Shown here piece by piece: positions 10,300 through 19,294 of a DNA stretch of 64,000 nucleotides (position 1 is the first letter of the stretch; each line of letters opens with the position of its first letter). Origin of the DNA: Planctomycetota bacterium (lineage in GTDB: Bacteria; Planctomycetota; UBA1135; UBA2386); NCBI GenBank assembly GCA_965223545.1, contig OZ245006.1:3200001-3264000 (forward strand), written 5' to 3'. Below the pieces are notes generated by a model, which was not told where the DNA came from, searched no databases, and was given only the letters and a program-made list of their open reading frames with translations. The position numbers and the translations under genes were made by a program.

Positions 10300-10929
10300 C
10301 TAGCGCGACGGCTCGAGCCGCGTCTCCTCGCGGGTCTCGATCACGAGCCGGTAGCCGAACCAGTGGTTGTCGACGACCGTGCGTCCCGGCGCGGCCCACC
10401 GTGGGTCGGCCCAGGTGTGGCGGACGACGATCTCGCCGGATGGCTCGCCGTCGACCCGGCGAAAGCGCCGCTCGAGCAGGCGGCCGCCCTCCCACCGTTC
10501 GGAGACCAGCTCGCCATCGACCTCGGCCGAGCGCTCGCCGGCGCCTTCACCCGCCAACCACGGATAGAACGCGCGCTGCACGTCGAGCAGGATGAAGCGC
10601 GGGGGAAACGGCAGGGGCTCGGAGGTGTTGTTCTGCAGGCTCACCTCGCCGTCGTGCAGCTCGATGGCGAACCCGACCCCGACCGGCGACAGCCCCAACA
10701 CCGTGAGCTCGTCACCGCGCTTCTGCACCACTGCGTCGAACCCACGCCGCTCGCCATCCCCCCACTGCGCCGAGACCCGCTGCCGCCACAGGACGTCGAT
10801 CGACAGGTCAGAAACAGCGCGCAGCTCACCGGGATAGTCGGCGTCTACGAGGCGCGGCCGGGGCGGCGACGCGCACGCCGCCATGCCGAGCGCCAACAAG
10901 AGAAGATCCCTCGACTTCGTTCTGCTCAA
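10300..10929 (-). CDS. DUF3261-like lipoprotein of aryl-polyene clusters
   Basis: LLLLALGMAAC lipobox; LTVLGLSPVG and LPFPPRFILLDVQRAFYP; lies after MMPL; TTGA overlap. Confidence 0.75.
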   Translation of the reverse strand: MSRTKSRDLLLLALGMAACASPPRPRLVDADYPGELRAVSDLSIDVLWRQRVSAQWGDGERRGFDAVVQKRGDELTVLGLSPVGVGFAIELHDGEVSLQNNTSEPLPFPPRFILLDVQRAFYPWLAGEGAGERSAEVDGELVSERWEGGRLLERRFRRVDGEPSGEIVVRHTWADPRWAAPGRTVVDNHWFGYRLVIETREETRLEPSR

Positions 10930-13292
10930 GGCTCGGCGGACTCGACCGTCAACAGGACGCAGACGGTAGGCGCCACCAGGAGCGCGCACAAGGTGCCGAC
11001 GCCCGCCGTCAGACCGATTCCCGCCAGCGACGGCTGGCCGGAGCACGCCAGCAGCAAGAAGCTCCACGACGTGGTCACTCCAGAAACCGCCACCGCCAGC
11101 AGGGTCGCCTCGAGGGCGCCGCGATCGCCCCGCACTTCGGCCAGAAACACCCCGGAGTCGACGCCGAGGCAGACGACGAACAGCAGCGCCACCAGCGAGA
11201 GCGTGTTGAGCTCGACGCCCAGCAACGCCACCACGCCCATGGCCGCCGCGGCGGCGAGCACTGCCGGCAGGTAGGCGATCGCCGTCGGTCTCAGCGCGCG
11301 GTGGCGCAGCAACACGAGCAGCAAGACCGCCACCAGCCCACCGCCCAGCAGGCGGCTCATGTCAGCGCGGTACGCACCATAGGCGCGACTGAGCACGGCC
11401 TCGATGTCGACCAACCGCGCGCCGTCGATCGCCGCCAACCGCGACTGCACCGCCGCCTCGTCGGCCAGCTCGTGCAAGAAGCTGACGAAGCCGACGCGCT
11501 CGCCCAGAGTGACGCGGAAGGAGCGCACCAGCGGCGCCATGGCGCTGCTCTCCAGCGCGGCCCAGGTCAACGGTGCGGGCGGCTCCGTCGCCAGCGAGGC
11601 CTGCGCCTCGGCGAACGCGTCAGCGCGGAAGCCGTGCGCGGCGAGCGCCGCCCGCAGCCGTGGCCAGACCTCCTCGCCCCGCGCGGCCGCGTCGATCGCC
11701 CGCTGCCGCGACGCGCTCGGCAGCCAACTGGCAAGCGAGCGCACCGCGCCGAGCTCGCCGGCGTCGACGGCGGCCGACAGCACACCGTGCACCGCATCGT
11801 TCACCTCGAGCGCGGCCTGCTCGTCGCTGCCGACCGCGACCACCAGCCGCCGCTGCTCGTAGCGCGTCACGCGCTCGACCACCGCTCGGTCCTCGGCGAG
11901 CAGCGCGGAGTCCGGAGCGTTGAGTCCGGCCAAACTGTCATTCCAACGCAAGCGCGGCAGCCCGACGGCGGCCACCGCGACCGCGAGCACGACCGGCAGC
12001 GCGAGGACCCAACGCCGCGCACCGCGTGGCGACAGCAGCCGCGCCAGCCCGCGCGACGCCCAGCGCGCACAGCCGCCGGCCGCTCCGGCCCCGGCCAGCG
12101 GTGGCAAGAACGCCCAGGTCGCCGCCAGGGCGGCGGCCACCCCGGCTGCCGCGAACCACGCCAGCTCGCGCAACCCCGGGTAGGCCGACACCGACAGGGC
12201 GGCGAACCCCAGCACCGTGGTGGCGGCACCGAGCGTCAGCGCGGGCAGGATCCGTCGCAGCGTGCAGCGCGGCCCGCCGGCGGCAGGCGCCAGCACGTGG
12301 TGGCAGTAGAAGTGCACGGCGTAATCGACGGACACGCCGATGAGCGCGGCGCCGAAGGCCAAGGTGAGCCCGTGCACCGCGCCGCCGGTGAGCAACACCG
12401 CGGTGGTGCCGGCGAGGAAAGCGGCACCGAGCACCGGCAGGACCATGAACACCAGGCGGACCGAGCGAAACAACAGCGCGAACAAGACGGCCAAGCCGAG
12501 CGCCGAGCCGATGCTGACCCGCTGGATGTCACTCTTGATTGCCGCCTCCGCCGCGACGGCGTAGCGATGGGCACCGCTCTGCAGCAGCGACCATTCGGCG
12601 CCGGAGGCGCGGCGCACGCGCTCGAACGCGGCACGCACCCCGGCGAGGAAGGGCCGCTGCTGGCCGGCGTCCACCGACGACGCCCGAGTCGCCAGGAACA
12701 GGACCGCAGCCGTGCCGTCGCCGCTGACAAAGCGGCCGTCGATCACTTGCAGCCCCTCTGCCCTGCCGCCGAGCCAACTCTGGAACAGTCCGGGAAGGAT
12801 CAACAGCGGGTCTCCCGGCGCGACCCGCGTCAGCAACGTCGACATCGGCGACGCCAACCGGCGCTTGAGGCCGGCGACGGCGTCGCCGATCCCTTCGGTC
12901 GACAACACCCGCGCCGCGGCGTCGGCATCGCCCGCGACGAACGACCACCGCCGCGGGTGGTACAACCGCCAGAGCTCTTCCTCCAAGTCCGGCGGAGGCC
13001 CGCCGTCGACGAACGCCAGCTGCTCCGCGACCCCCGGCTGCGCGCGCAGCGCGGCCTCGAACTCGCGACTGGCCCGCACCGCCGCCTCGGTGCTGCCCGT
13101 CTCCACCAGCAGCACCAACATGCGCGACAGCTCACCAGCAGCCAATTGCTTGGCCAGGCGCACGTCATCGCCAGGCGCGCCGTCGGGCAAGAAGTGCGCG
13201 ACGTCGGTGTTCACCGCCAAACGCGCGGCGACGAACCACGCCATCACCGCGAGCGCGGCAATCCCGACGGCGGCCCGCCGGCCAGCGGTCAC
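10926..13292 (-). CDS. MMPL/RND-family exporter (APE cluster type)
   Basis: Two TM bundles; VNTDVAHFLP, HGLTLAFGAALIGVSVDYAVH, CLGVDSGVFL. Confidence 0.88.
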   Translation of the reverse strand: MTAGRRAAVGIAALAVMAWFVAARLAVNTDVAHFLPDGAPGDDVRLAKQLAAGELSRMLVLLVETGSTEAAVRASREFEAALRAQPGVAEQLAFVDGGPPPDLEEELWRLYHPRRWSFVAGDADAAARVLSTEGIGDAVAGLKRRLASPMSTLLTRVAPGDPLLILPGLFQSWLGGRAEGLQVIDGRFVSGDGTAAVLFLATRASSVDAGQQRPFLAGVRAAFERVRRASGAEWSLLQSGAHRYAVAAEAAIKSDIQRVSIGSALGLAVLFALLFRSVRLVFMVLPVLGAAFLAGTTAVLLTGGAVHGLTLAFGAALIGVSVDYAVHFYCHHVLAPAAGGPRCTLRRILPALTLGAATTVLGFAALSVSAYPGLRELAWFAAAGVAAALAATWAFLPPLAGAGAAGGCARWASRGLARLLSPRGARRWVLALPVVLAVAVAAVGLPRLRWNDSLAGLNAPDSALLAEDRAVVERVTRYEQRRLVVAVGSDEQAALEVNDAVHGVLSAAVDAGELGAVRSLASWLPSASRQRAIDAAARGEEVWPRLRAALAAHGFRADAFAEAQASLATEPPAPLTWAALESSAMAPLVRSFRVTLGERVGFVSFLHELADEAAVQSRLAAIDGARLVDIEAVLSRAYGAYRADMSRLLGGGLVAVLLLVLLRHRALRPTAIAYLPAVLAAAAAMGVVALLGVELNTLSLVALLFVVCLGVDSGVFLAEVRGDRGALEATLLAVAVSGVTTSWSFLLLACSGQPSLAGIGLTAGVGTLCALLVAPTVCVLLTVESAEP

Positions 13293-14005
13293 CGCACAGC
13301 GCGCTCGCCGCGCTTGGCCTCGCCGCCTTCGGCGCGCCCCGCCTCGACAGCGGCCGGACCGAACAGCTGCCGCCGCTCGGCCGCGCTGAAGCGGCGCCGC
13401 GGATCGGCGGCCGTGATCCGCGTCACCGAGCGGTCGCCGTTGGGCTCCTGCACCTCCAGCTCCTCGACCGCCGCGCCGACGCCACGCAGCTCCAAGACTC
13501 GCAGCATCTTCGTCAGCGGCTCGCGCCGCGGCACCAGCCGCAGACGCCATCTCCCGTCATCCGGCGCCGGCACGAACTCGATTTCGTAGGCCTCTGCCAA
13601 CCCGGCCCGATCACCGGACAGCACGCGCACCAACGAGGTCACGAACACCCGCAGCGCGTCGTTCTGCCGCAGGTCGATCACCTCTTCGCCGTCCTCCCCG
13701 CGCATCCGCAGAGTCTTCGGCGTGATCACCAACTCGGTGCGCTCCGGAGCGGTGACGTGCCGGGCGAGAAAGCCGGGGTGCAGATAGTACAGCCGCCCGC
13801 GACTCTCCAGCGGCACCGCCAACAGGGACAGGTGCTTCTCCTCGACGAACTCGGCCTGCAGCCCGCGCACTTCGGCCAGCAGCGCGAGCAACTCGTCGGC
13901 GGTCGTCGGCGAGGGCGCCGCGACCGCGGCGCCCTCGTGCTCAACCTGCTGCGCGGACAGAGGCGTCACGAGCAGACAGCAACCGAGGACGGAGGTGCGC
14001 AACAT
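13289..14005 (-). CDS. LolA-like outer-membrane lipoprotein carrier
   Basis: Signal peptide; AEFVEEKHLSLLAVPLESRGRLYY, WRLRLVPR, EPNGDRSV. Confidence 0.82.
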   Translation of the reverse strand: MLRTSVLGCCLLVTPLSAQQVEHEGAAVAAPSPTTADELLALLAEVRGLQAEFVEEKHLSLLAVPLESRGRLYYLHPGFLARHVTAPERTELVITPKTLRMRGEDGEEVIDLRQNDALRVFVTSLVRVLSGDRAGLAEAYEIEFVPAPDDGRWRLRLVPRREPLTKMLRVLELRGVGAAVEELEVQEPNGDRSVTRITAADPRRRFSAAERRQLFGPAAVEAGRAEGGEAKRGERAVR

Positions 14006-14172
14006 TTCGTCGAGTCCAAAGCTTGGAGGCGTGGATTGTGTCGCGCTTCGACGACACAAGCCAGCGGTGTAGCGCAGACCGATGGGACACCGAGTGGCCG
14101 TGGTCCGAGCTTGGGTTTCACGGCAGCCGCCCCCTGCCCGAGCCGAAGCCCCTGCAGTAGAAGCCCACTGAC

Positions 14173-14871
14173 TCACGCCGGCCGCTCGCGGAAGTCCAAC
14201 CGCCCCCGCGACCGCCGCCACCCCCCCTTCAGCAGCCAGGTCCGCGCCCGCACCGTCGGCCGCGCCACCGGCTCCGACAGCTCCACCCCCTCGCGCCACC
14301 CGTCGAACCAGGGCCCGGACGAGTAGACGTCGATCGCCTGCCGCGGCCGCTGCCGGTGGTGCCAAGCATTCTGCAGCACATACACCAACGCCCGCCGCAC
14401 CTCCGTCGGCGAGCGCAGCACCCGCTCGTGAAACCGTTCGGCAAACACCCGCCCCGAACGCCCCCACAGCTTGTTCAACCCCCGCGCCATCCGCACCAAC
14501 AGCCCGGTCATCCCCCGCGTCAACGCCTCCCGATCCTTCGCCTCGACCAAGAGGTGCAAGTGATCGCGCTGCACCGAGAACTCCACCAACCGAAACCCGA
14601 ACCGCCCACACCCCGCCCGGATCCGCTCCACCAACATCCAGTAAGTCCGCGCATTCCGTAAGCCCGGCAACCCCCGACACAACCGCACCGTCACGTGCAA
14701 CGGATACCGCGCCACCAACGCCCCCCGCGCCAAGTGCGGCACCGTCTCATCACTCACCTTGGGCCGACCAGCCCCCTCCCGAGCCCCACCCCACTGCCGA
14801 AACGGCAACTCACCCTGCACCACCCCACGGCGTCGTCCACCGCGCCCCGATCGAACTGCCTTGCTCGTCAT
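14173..14871 (-). mobile_element. RAYT-like / Y1 HUH tyrosine transposase
   Basis: WGGAREGAGRPK N-terminus, PLHVTVR, FSVQRDHLHLLVEA (HUH motif), GRVFAERFHERVL, VYVLQN (catalytic Tyr). Confidence 0.88.
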
Positions 14872-14986
14872 TTGAATTAGCGACCTTATCAAAGAGGGAG
14901 TCAACATGCAAGAATCCGACAAGGAATCTGCGAAAGCGGCCGGCGAATCGCACGCTACCCTGCTCCCAACAATCTCGACTCCAGAA

Positions 14987-15088
14987 CTGAGGCGAGTGCG
15001 CTCCACTCCGCGACGAAAACCGCAATCTTGATTCCGCGACCTTCAGTCTAAGAGAGCCAGCCCATCAAATAGGATCGGGACCGCCGCC
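14987..15088 (+). repeat. 102-bp direct repeat, copy A (copy B at 17369-17470)
   Basis: By-eye alignment gives 8 substitutions in 102 bp and no indels. Confidence 0.92.
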
Positions 15089-15170
15089 CGCAGCTCCGTC
15101 ACCATCGGCGTCGGTCGCACCCTGTGCCTCGTCTTGGACCGATGCTGATGGTGATGGAGCTGCGGGCAGC
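15083..15170. repeat. Long REP/REPIN-like palindrome (34-bp stem, 20-nt loop)
   Basis: GCCGCCCGCAGCTCCGTCACCATCGGCGTCGGTC (15083-15116) pairs with GACCGATGCTGATGGTGATGGAGCTGCGGGCAGC (15137-15170), with 1 mismatch and 3 G-T pairs. Confidence 0.9.
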
Positions 15171-15275
15171 CCCGCTAGCTCTCGATCCAGAGGCCGAGGG
15201 AGCAAGCGCTCGCGCTTCCCTCTCCTGCTCCCACACACCTCCAGCTCCAGAGCTGAAGGCTCGCCTCACCACCAT

Positions 15276-17308
15276 GCCGAGTAGCCGCGGGGGGTTGCCC
15301 CCCCGCAGCTCTCACAGAACCGGACTTGTGGGTCACACATCCGGCTCTTCAGGACGGTATCCCCCAAAGGGGCCGCCAGTCGTAACGGCGCTCGTCCCAG
15401 AGCTTGGAAAGCGACACCAGCCGCTCAGCAAACCACTGATTGGGATAAGCGCGTTTGATCGCTCCCGAGTTGCTCTGCCACCACGTGCCACGCCGGCCAA
15501 ACGCGGTGCGTGCAGCCGACTGCCAGCTGCACCCACGGGCGACAAGGTCTCGGAAGAGGTATCGCGGTCTCTTCTTCTGCCGAATGATGATCGCCCGCAG
15601 GCGTCGTCGAATATGGCCATCGAGATTCCGCAAGGTCCGCCACGCGGCCTTCGTGATCAGCTTGAAGTAGCCGATCCAACCACGGAGGTAACGGTTCAGT
15701 CGTTCGATGCACCAGGACAGCCGACCACCCCAGGACCGCGGCGTAAGCTCACGGATTCGGGCGTCGATGCGATCCAGAGTGCGACGGGACAACTGCACCG
15801 TCAGCCAGCCCTTTCGAGTTGCGCCTACGCGAAACCCGAGGAAGTGCCGGCGATGGGCCAGGTCGACGGAACTCTTCGCTTCGTTCACTTTCAGTCGCAC
15901 GCGACGTTCGATGAACCTGCGAATCGAAGCCATGACCCGGTGTCCTGAGCGCTCGCTACCGACGTAGATATTGCAGTCGTCGGCGTAGCGCACAAAACGC
16001 AACCCGCGTCGTTCCAACTCCCAGTCCAGTTCGTCCAGGACGATGTTGGACAGCAGAGGTGATAGCGGGCCGCCCTGGGGCGTTCCTTCTTCCGTGATGA
16101 CGCGGGTGCCATCTGGAAGAACCACGTTCGCTTTCAGCATCAGGCGGATGATCCGCAGCACCCGACGGTCCTTCACCTTCTGAGCCAGCCGGTCCAGGAG
16201 GCGTTGGTGATGGACACGGTCGAAGAACTTCTCCAAATCGATGTCCACCGTGTACCGCCGACCCTGCTTCACGTAACCCGCTGCTTCGGCGATCGCTGTG
16301 TGGGCTCCCCGCCTCGGCCGGAAGCCGTGGCTGCTGTCGTGGAACGTCGGGTCGTAGATCGGCTCCAGAATCTGGCGCACGGCCTGTTGGACCCAGCGGT
16401 CGATCACGGTTGGAATCCCGAGACCCCGCTGCCCACCACTGGGCTTCGGGATCCACACCCGACGAATATCGCCGGGCGCGTAGGTCTCCATGAGCAGAGC
16501 ATCGCGGAGTTTCGGGAGCAGGTGTTTCGCATGACGCTTGACCTCTGACACCGTCTGTCCGTCGACGCCCGGGGCGCCCTTCTTGCTTACGACATGTGCC
16601 AGTGCGCTTCGCAGGTTGCCCTGCTCCGCGACCAGCTCCAGCAGATGGCAGTAGCCGTCCGCTGGCGGTGGAGCCGATTCCGATCGATGGCTGCAATCCG
16701 TCGTAGGCACCGACGTGGACTTCGTGGCAGATTCGTCTGCCCTTCCGGCCACGCCGTCCCCTTGCGGGCTCTCGGCGAAAGCGAACTGCAGTTGCCGTGG
16801 TTTCGGCTTTCTCATCCTGTCACCCCCTTCGCTCCACCGGCATTACCCGGCTTCATCACTACTACGGGGTGATCCGACTTCGCTGCATGCCTTGGTGGGT
16901 CGTCGTTGCCTCCTCCCCACCTACCGCTCGAAGCGGACACACAGAGATCTCCCTGGGTAAGAACGCAGAGTTTCGCGCCGCCGCCGGTTCCAGTACTCCG
17001 AGGTCGCGACTGGATATCGGGCGTCACGTTGGATGGCACGCTGACCCAGACCTCGAGAGCCTTACGGAACTTCGCTTTCGCTCGGTGCTGCGCTGCGTCT
17101 AGGGCTTCCATCCCACACGACCTCGCGGGAACAGCACGGCACGGTGTCCGTCCTGTTCTGGCATCCCGGATCAACACCGCGCACCGCCCTCTCGGACGGC
17201 ACACGGCTCCCCTTTCTGCCTCGTGCAGCTGCCTTCGACTCATGGTTTCCTCCAGTACGGATCCATAAAGAACTTTCATCTTCAACTCTGCGCCCATGCC
17301 AGGCGCAA
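15276..17308 (-). mobile_element. Group II intron, IIC-like, about 2033 nt
   Basis: 5' TTGCGCCTGGCATGGGCGCAG; DI end CTGCGTTCTTACCCAGGGAGATCT; DIII GTAGTAGTGATGAAGCCGGGTAATGCCGGTGGAGCGAAGGG; DV GAGCCGGATGTGTGACCCACAAGTCCGGTTC; DVI ending CTACTCGGC. Joined exons restore a palindrome arm. Confidence 0.9.
15349..16815 (-). CDS. ltrA: Group II intron reverse transcriptase/maturase (no En domain)
   Basis: GAPGVDG, IPKPSGGQRGLGIPTVIDR, SHGFRP, DLEKFFD, GTPQGGPLSPLLSNI, RYADD, X domain LNRYLRGWIGYF; no HNH tail. Confidence 0.96.
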   Translation of the reverse strand: MRKPKPRQLQFAFAESPQGDGVAGRADESATKSTSVPTTDCSHRSESAPPPADGYCHLLELVAEQGNLRSALAHVVSKKGAPGVDGQTVSEVKRHAKHLLPKLRDALLMETYAPGDIRRVWIPKPSGGQRGLGIPTVIDRWVQQAVRQILEPIYDPTFHDSSHGFRPRRGAHTAIAEAAGYVKQGRRYTVDIDLEKFFDRVHHQRLLDRLAQKVKDRRVLRIIRLMLKANVVLPDGTRVITEEGTPQGGPLSPLLSNIVLDELDWELERRGLRFVRYADDCNIYVGSERSGHRVMASIRRFIERRVRLKVNEAKSSVDLAHRRHFLGFRVGATRKGWLTVQLSRRTLDRIDARIRELTPRSWGGRLSWCIERLNRYLRGWIGYFKLITKAAWRTLRNLDGHIRRRLRAIIIRQKKRPRYLFRDLVARGCSWQSAARTAFGRRGTWWQSNSGAIKRAYPNQWFAERLVSLSKLWDERRYDWRPLWGIPS

Positions 17309-17371
17309 CACCGACGACAGCGGTCCAAGACGAGGCACGGGGTGCGACCGCCGCCGACGGTGACGGAGCTG
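17309..17371. repeat. Inverted second copy of the 15083-15170 palindrome, cut by the intron
   Basis: CACCGACGACAGCGGTCCAAGACGAGGCACGGGGTGCGACCGCCGCCGACGGTGACGGAGCTG closely matches the reverse complement of about 15091-15153. Confidence 0.88.
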
Positions 17372-17494
17372 AGGCGAGTGCGCTCCACTCCGCGACGAAA
17401 ACCGCAATCTTGATTCCGCTACCTTCAGTCCCAGAGGGCCAGGCCATCAAACACGACCGGGACCGCCGCCAGCTCTCGATCCAGAGGCCGAGGG
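17369..17494 (+). repeat. Direct repeat copy B plus a 24-bp tail (tail identical to 15177-15200)
   Basis: 17369-17470 matches 14987-15088; AGCTCTCGATCCAGAGGCCGAGGG occurs at both 17471-17494 and 15177-15200. Confidence 0.9.
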
Positions 17495-17509
17495 CTTCCG
17501 GAGGCGGGA

Positions 17510-17950
17510 CTACTCACCATGGTTGACGCTCGGCTCCGGCAGGCGCGCCAGCAGCGCGTCGGGCGTCGTCGCCAACAGCGTCCCGTCAGCGTCGGTGGTC
17601 GCCAACACGGTCGTCGCCCGCGCGCTCCACCGGTCCACCTCGGGGTTGCGGACGTCGTAGCTGATGCGAATCAGCGGCGAGACCTGGCCGAACCACGCGG
17701 TTACGTGCACTGGGTCGCCGTAGTGCAGAGGCGCCATGTAGCGGCACTTCGCCTCGACGACGTACATGCGGAAGCCGAGCTCGCGGATCTGGTGCACTTC
17801 GAGATCGACGCTGGCGAACAGGGCGGCGCGGGCGACTTCCAGCCACTCGAAGTAGCGGCCGTGCCAGGCGACGTTCAGCGGGTCGCAGTGGTGGAACGAC
17901 ACGCGGGTCGTGCTGAGGATGGCGTGTTCCGGGCGTCGGATGCGCGTCAC
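17510..17950 (-). CDS. Acyl-CoA/ACP thioesterase (4HBT/YbgC-like hotdog)
   Basis: RVSFHHCDPLNVAWHGRYFEWLEVAR..CRYMAPLHYGD. Confidence 0.88.
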   Translation of the reverse strand: MTRIRRPEHAILSTTRVSFHHCDPLNVAWHGRYFEWLEVARAALFASVDLEVHQIRELGFRMYVVEAKCRYMAPLHYGDPVHVTAWFGQVSPLIRISYDVRNPEVDRWSARATTVLATTDADGTLLATTPDALLARLPEPSVNHGE

Positions 17951-17958
17951 AACAGGAT

Positions 17959-19206
17959 CTAGTTCAGGTGGGCCCAGATGGCGTCCGCGATCAGCGCCGC
18001 CTTGGCGTGGATGCCACGGTCGTTCATGTGCCCCAGGTCGAGGAACACATCGGAGTAGTCCGCCAGCATCGCGGCGTCGAGGTCGACGAACAACACCGCG
18101 TCGCCATAGCTTTCGGCGATCTCGCGCATGCGCTGGTTGCACTGCTCGACGTGCGCCTTCTGTGGTTCACCGATCTCTGGCGCTCGGTTGTACGGCTGCG
18201 TGGTGAGCACCGGAACCACGCCGCGCGCCAGAGCGAGGTCGGCAAAGGTGCGCACGTTGCGCTCGTACCACCGGAGATCCTCCATACGTTCGCGCTTCGC
18301 ACCGGCATAGCGAACGTCACCGCGCATCGCCGCTGCACCAATCCAGCCCCACGCCGGAGTCTCGAACCAGGCGTCCTGCAGACCGCGGTAGATCACACTC
18401 GCACGCAGCAACCAGCGATCGGGAATCGGCGGCATCGAGAACCGGCGGAGCACATGGCTGTAGTCGGAGCGGGCCTCGGCCCGCACGTCCCGCACCCTTC
18501 CGTCGTTCCACGCGTGGTGGAACACGACGTAGTCGGGCGAGAACCACAGGCCGTTCAAGACGAGATTCACCAGCGAATGGGCGCTCGTGTAGTAGCCGAT
18601 GCCGAAATTGAAGGCTTGCACCTCGGTGCGGCCGCGCACCGGACCGTTCTCATCGAGCGCTCGTTGCAGTCGGGCCCGCGCGATGTCCGGGAACCCCGTC
18701 GCCGTGGTCGAGCCACCGTGGCACACGACGCGCAAGACATGCGCCGGCTTGTCTCGCTCGTGCATCGGACCGAGGAAGCCGAGCTCGTTGAAAGGGGTCG
18801 GCCACCGCATCTGCGCACTGTCCTGCGGCCGGGCCTTGGGCCGGCCGGTGAACTGCAAGAACGGGTGGGCCTGGAACACCACGAGGTCGGGATAGGTCCG
18901 CGCCGAGAGGTCGAGCAAGTGCTGGCGCAGCTCCGGGTCGCGCGCCATCACGACGCGCGCCGTCAGCTCGATGCCGACCAGCAGCAACAGCGGCAATCCG
19001 GCGGCCGCCAGCCGGCCGCCGGACGGACGGCGCCAAACGGCCCAGGCCCACGCCAGACAGAGCGCTGCGCCACACCACAGCGGAAGCCGCTCGGCGGAAT
19101 GCAGCGGTCCCATCGCCACCGTGCGCTCGGCCACGGGAGGCATCAGCAGGATGCCGGCCATCCCGCCGATCACCGCGATGCCGCGCAACAGCGCTCGACG
19201 ACTCAT
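17959..19206 (-). CDS. Membrane-anchored SGNH/GDSL hydrolase-like protein
   Basis: N-terminal TM helices; NELGFLG, VVCHGGSTT, HHAWND, DLGHMND. Confidence 0.75.
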   Translation of the reverse strand: MSRRALLRGIAVIGGMAGILLMPPVAERTVAMGPLHSAERLPLWCGAALCLAWAWAVWRRPSGGRLAAAGLPLLLLVGIELTARVVMARDPELRQHLLDLSARTYPDLVVFQAHPFLQFTGRPKARPQDSAQMRWPTPFNELGFLGPMHERDKPAHVLRVVCHGGSTTATGFPDIARARLQRALDENGPVRGRTEVQAFNFGIGYYTSAHSLVNLVLNGLWFSPDYVVFHHAWNDGRVRDVRAEARSDYSHVLRRFSMPPIPDRWLLRASVIYRGLQDAWFETPAWGWIGAAAMRGDVRYAGAKRERMEDLRWYERNVRTFADLALARGVVPVLTTQPYNRAPEIGEPQKAHVEQCNQRMREIAESYGDAVLFVDLDAAMLADYSDVFLDLGHMNDRGIHAKAALIADAIWAHLN

Positions 19207-19294
19207 CTCGCGCGGAGCATTCGACACAACCACGGCATCGAGACGATCATATGCCGAGCTCGGCAGTCGTGAGACCGAGCCGGCGCACCATGCG

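Noticed and set aside
14036..14059. Hairpin TTGTGTCG/CGACACAA downstream of the RAYT gene as an IS200/605 end
   Set aside because: Only 8 bp, with no matching hairpin at the other end and no tnpB; insufficient support.
15083..15170. Palindrome as an integron attC site
   Set aside because: No RYYYAAC/GTTRRRY core boxes and no integrase in the window.
16812..17450. 212-aa ORF upstream of the RT
   Set aside because: Overlaps the intron ribozyme domains I-III and repeat B; not protein-like.
14987..17470. RT plus a pair of ~100-bp repeats as a diversity-generating retroelement (TR/VR)
   Set aside because: The 8 differences are not adenine-specific, neither copy lies in a target gene 3' end, and the RT has group II intron RNA domains and an X domain.
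14987..17494. Flanking direct repeats as a target-site duplication of the intron
   Set aside because: Group II introns make no TSD; the repeats are diverged and do not abut the intron ends.
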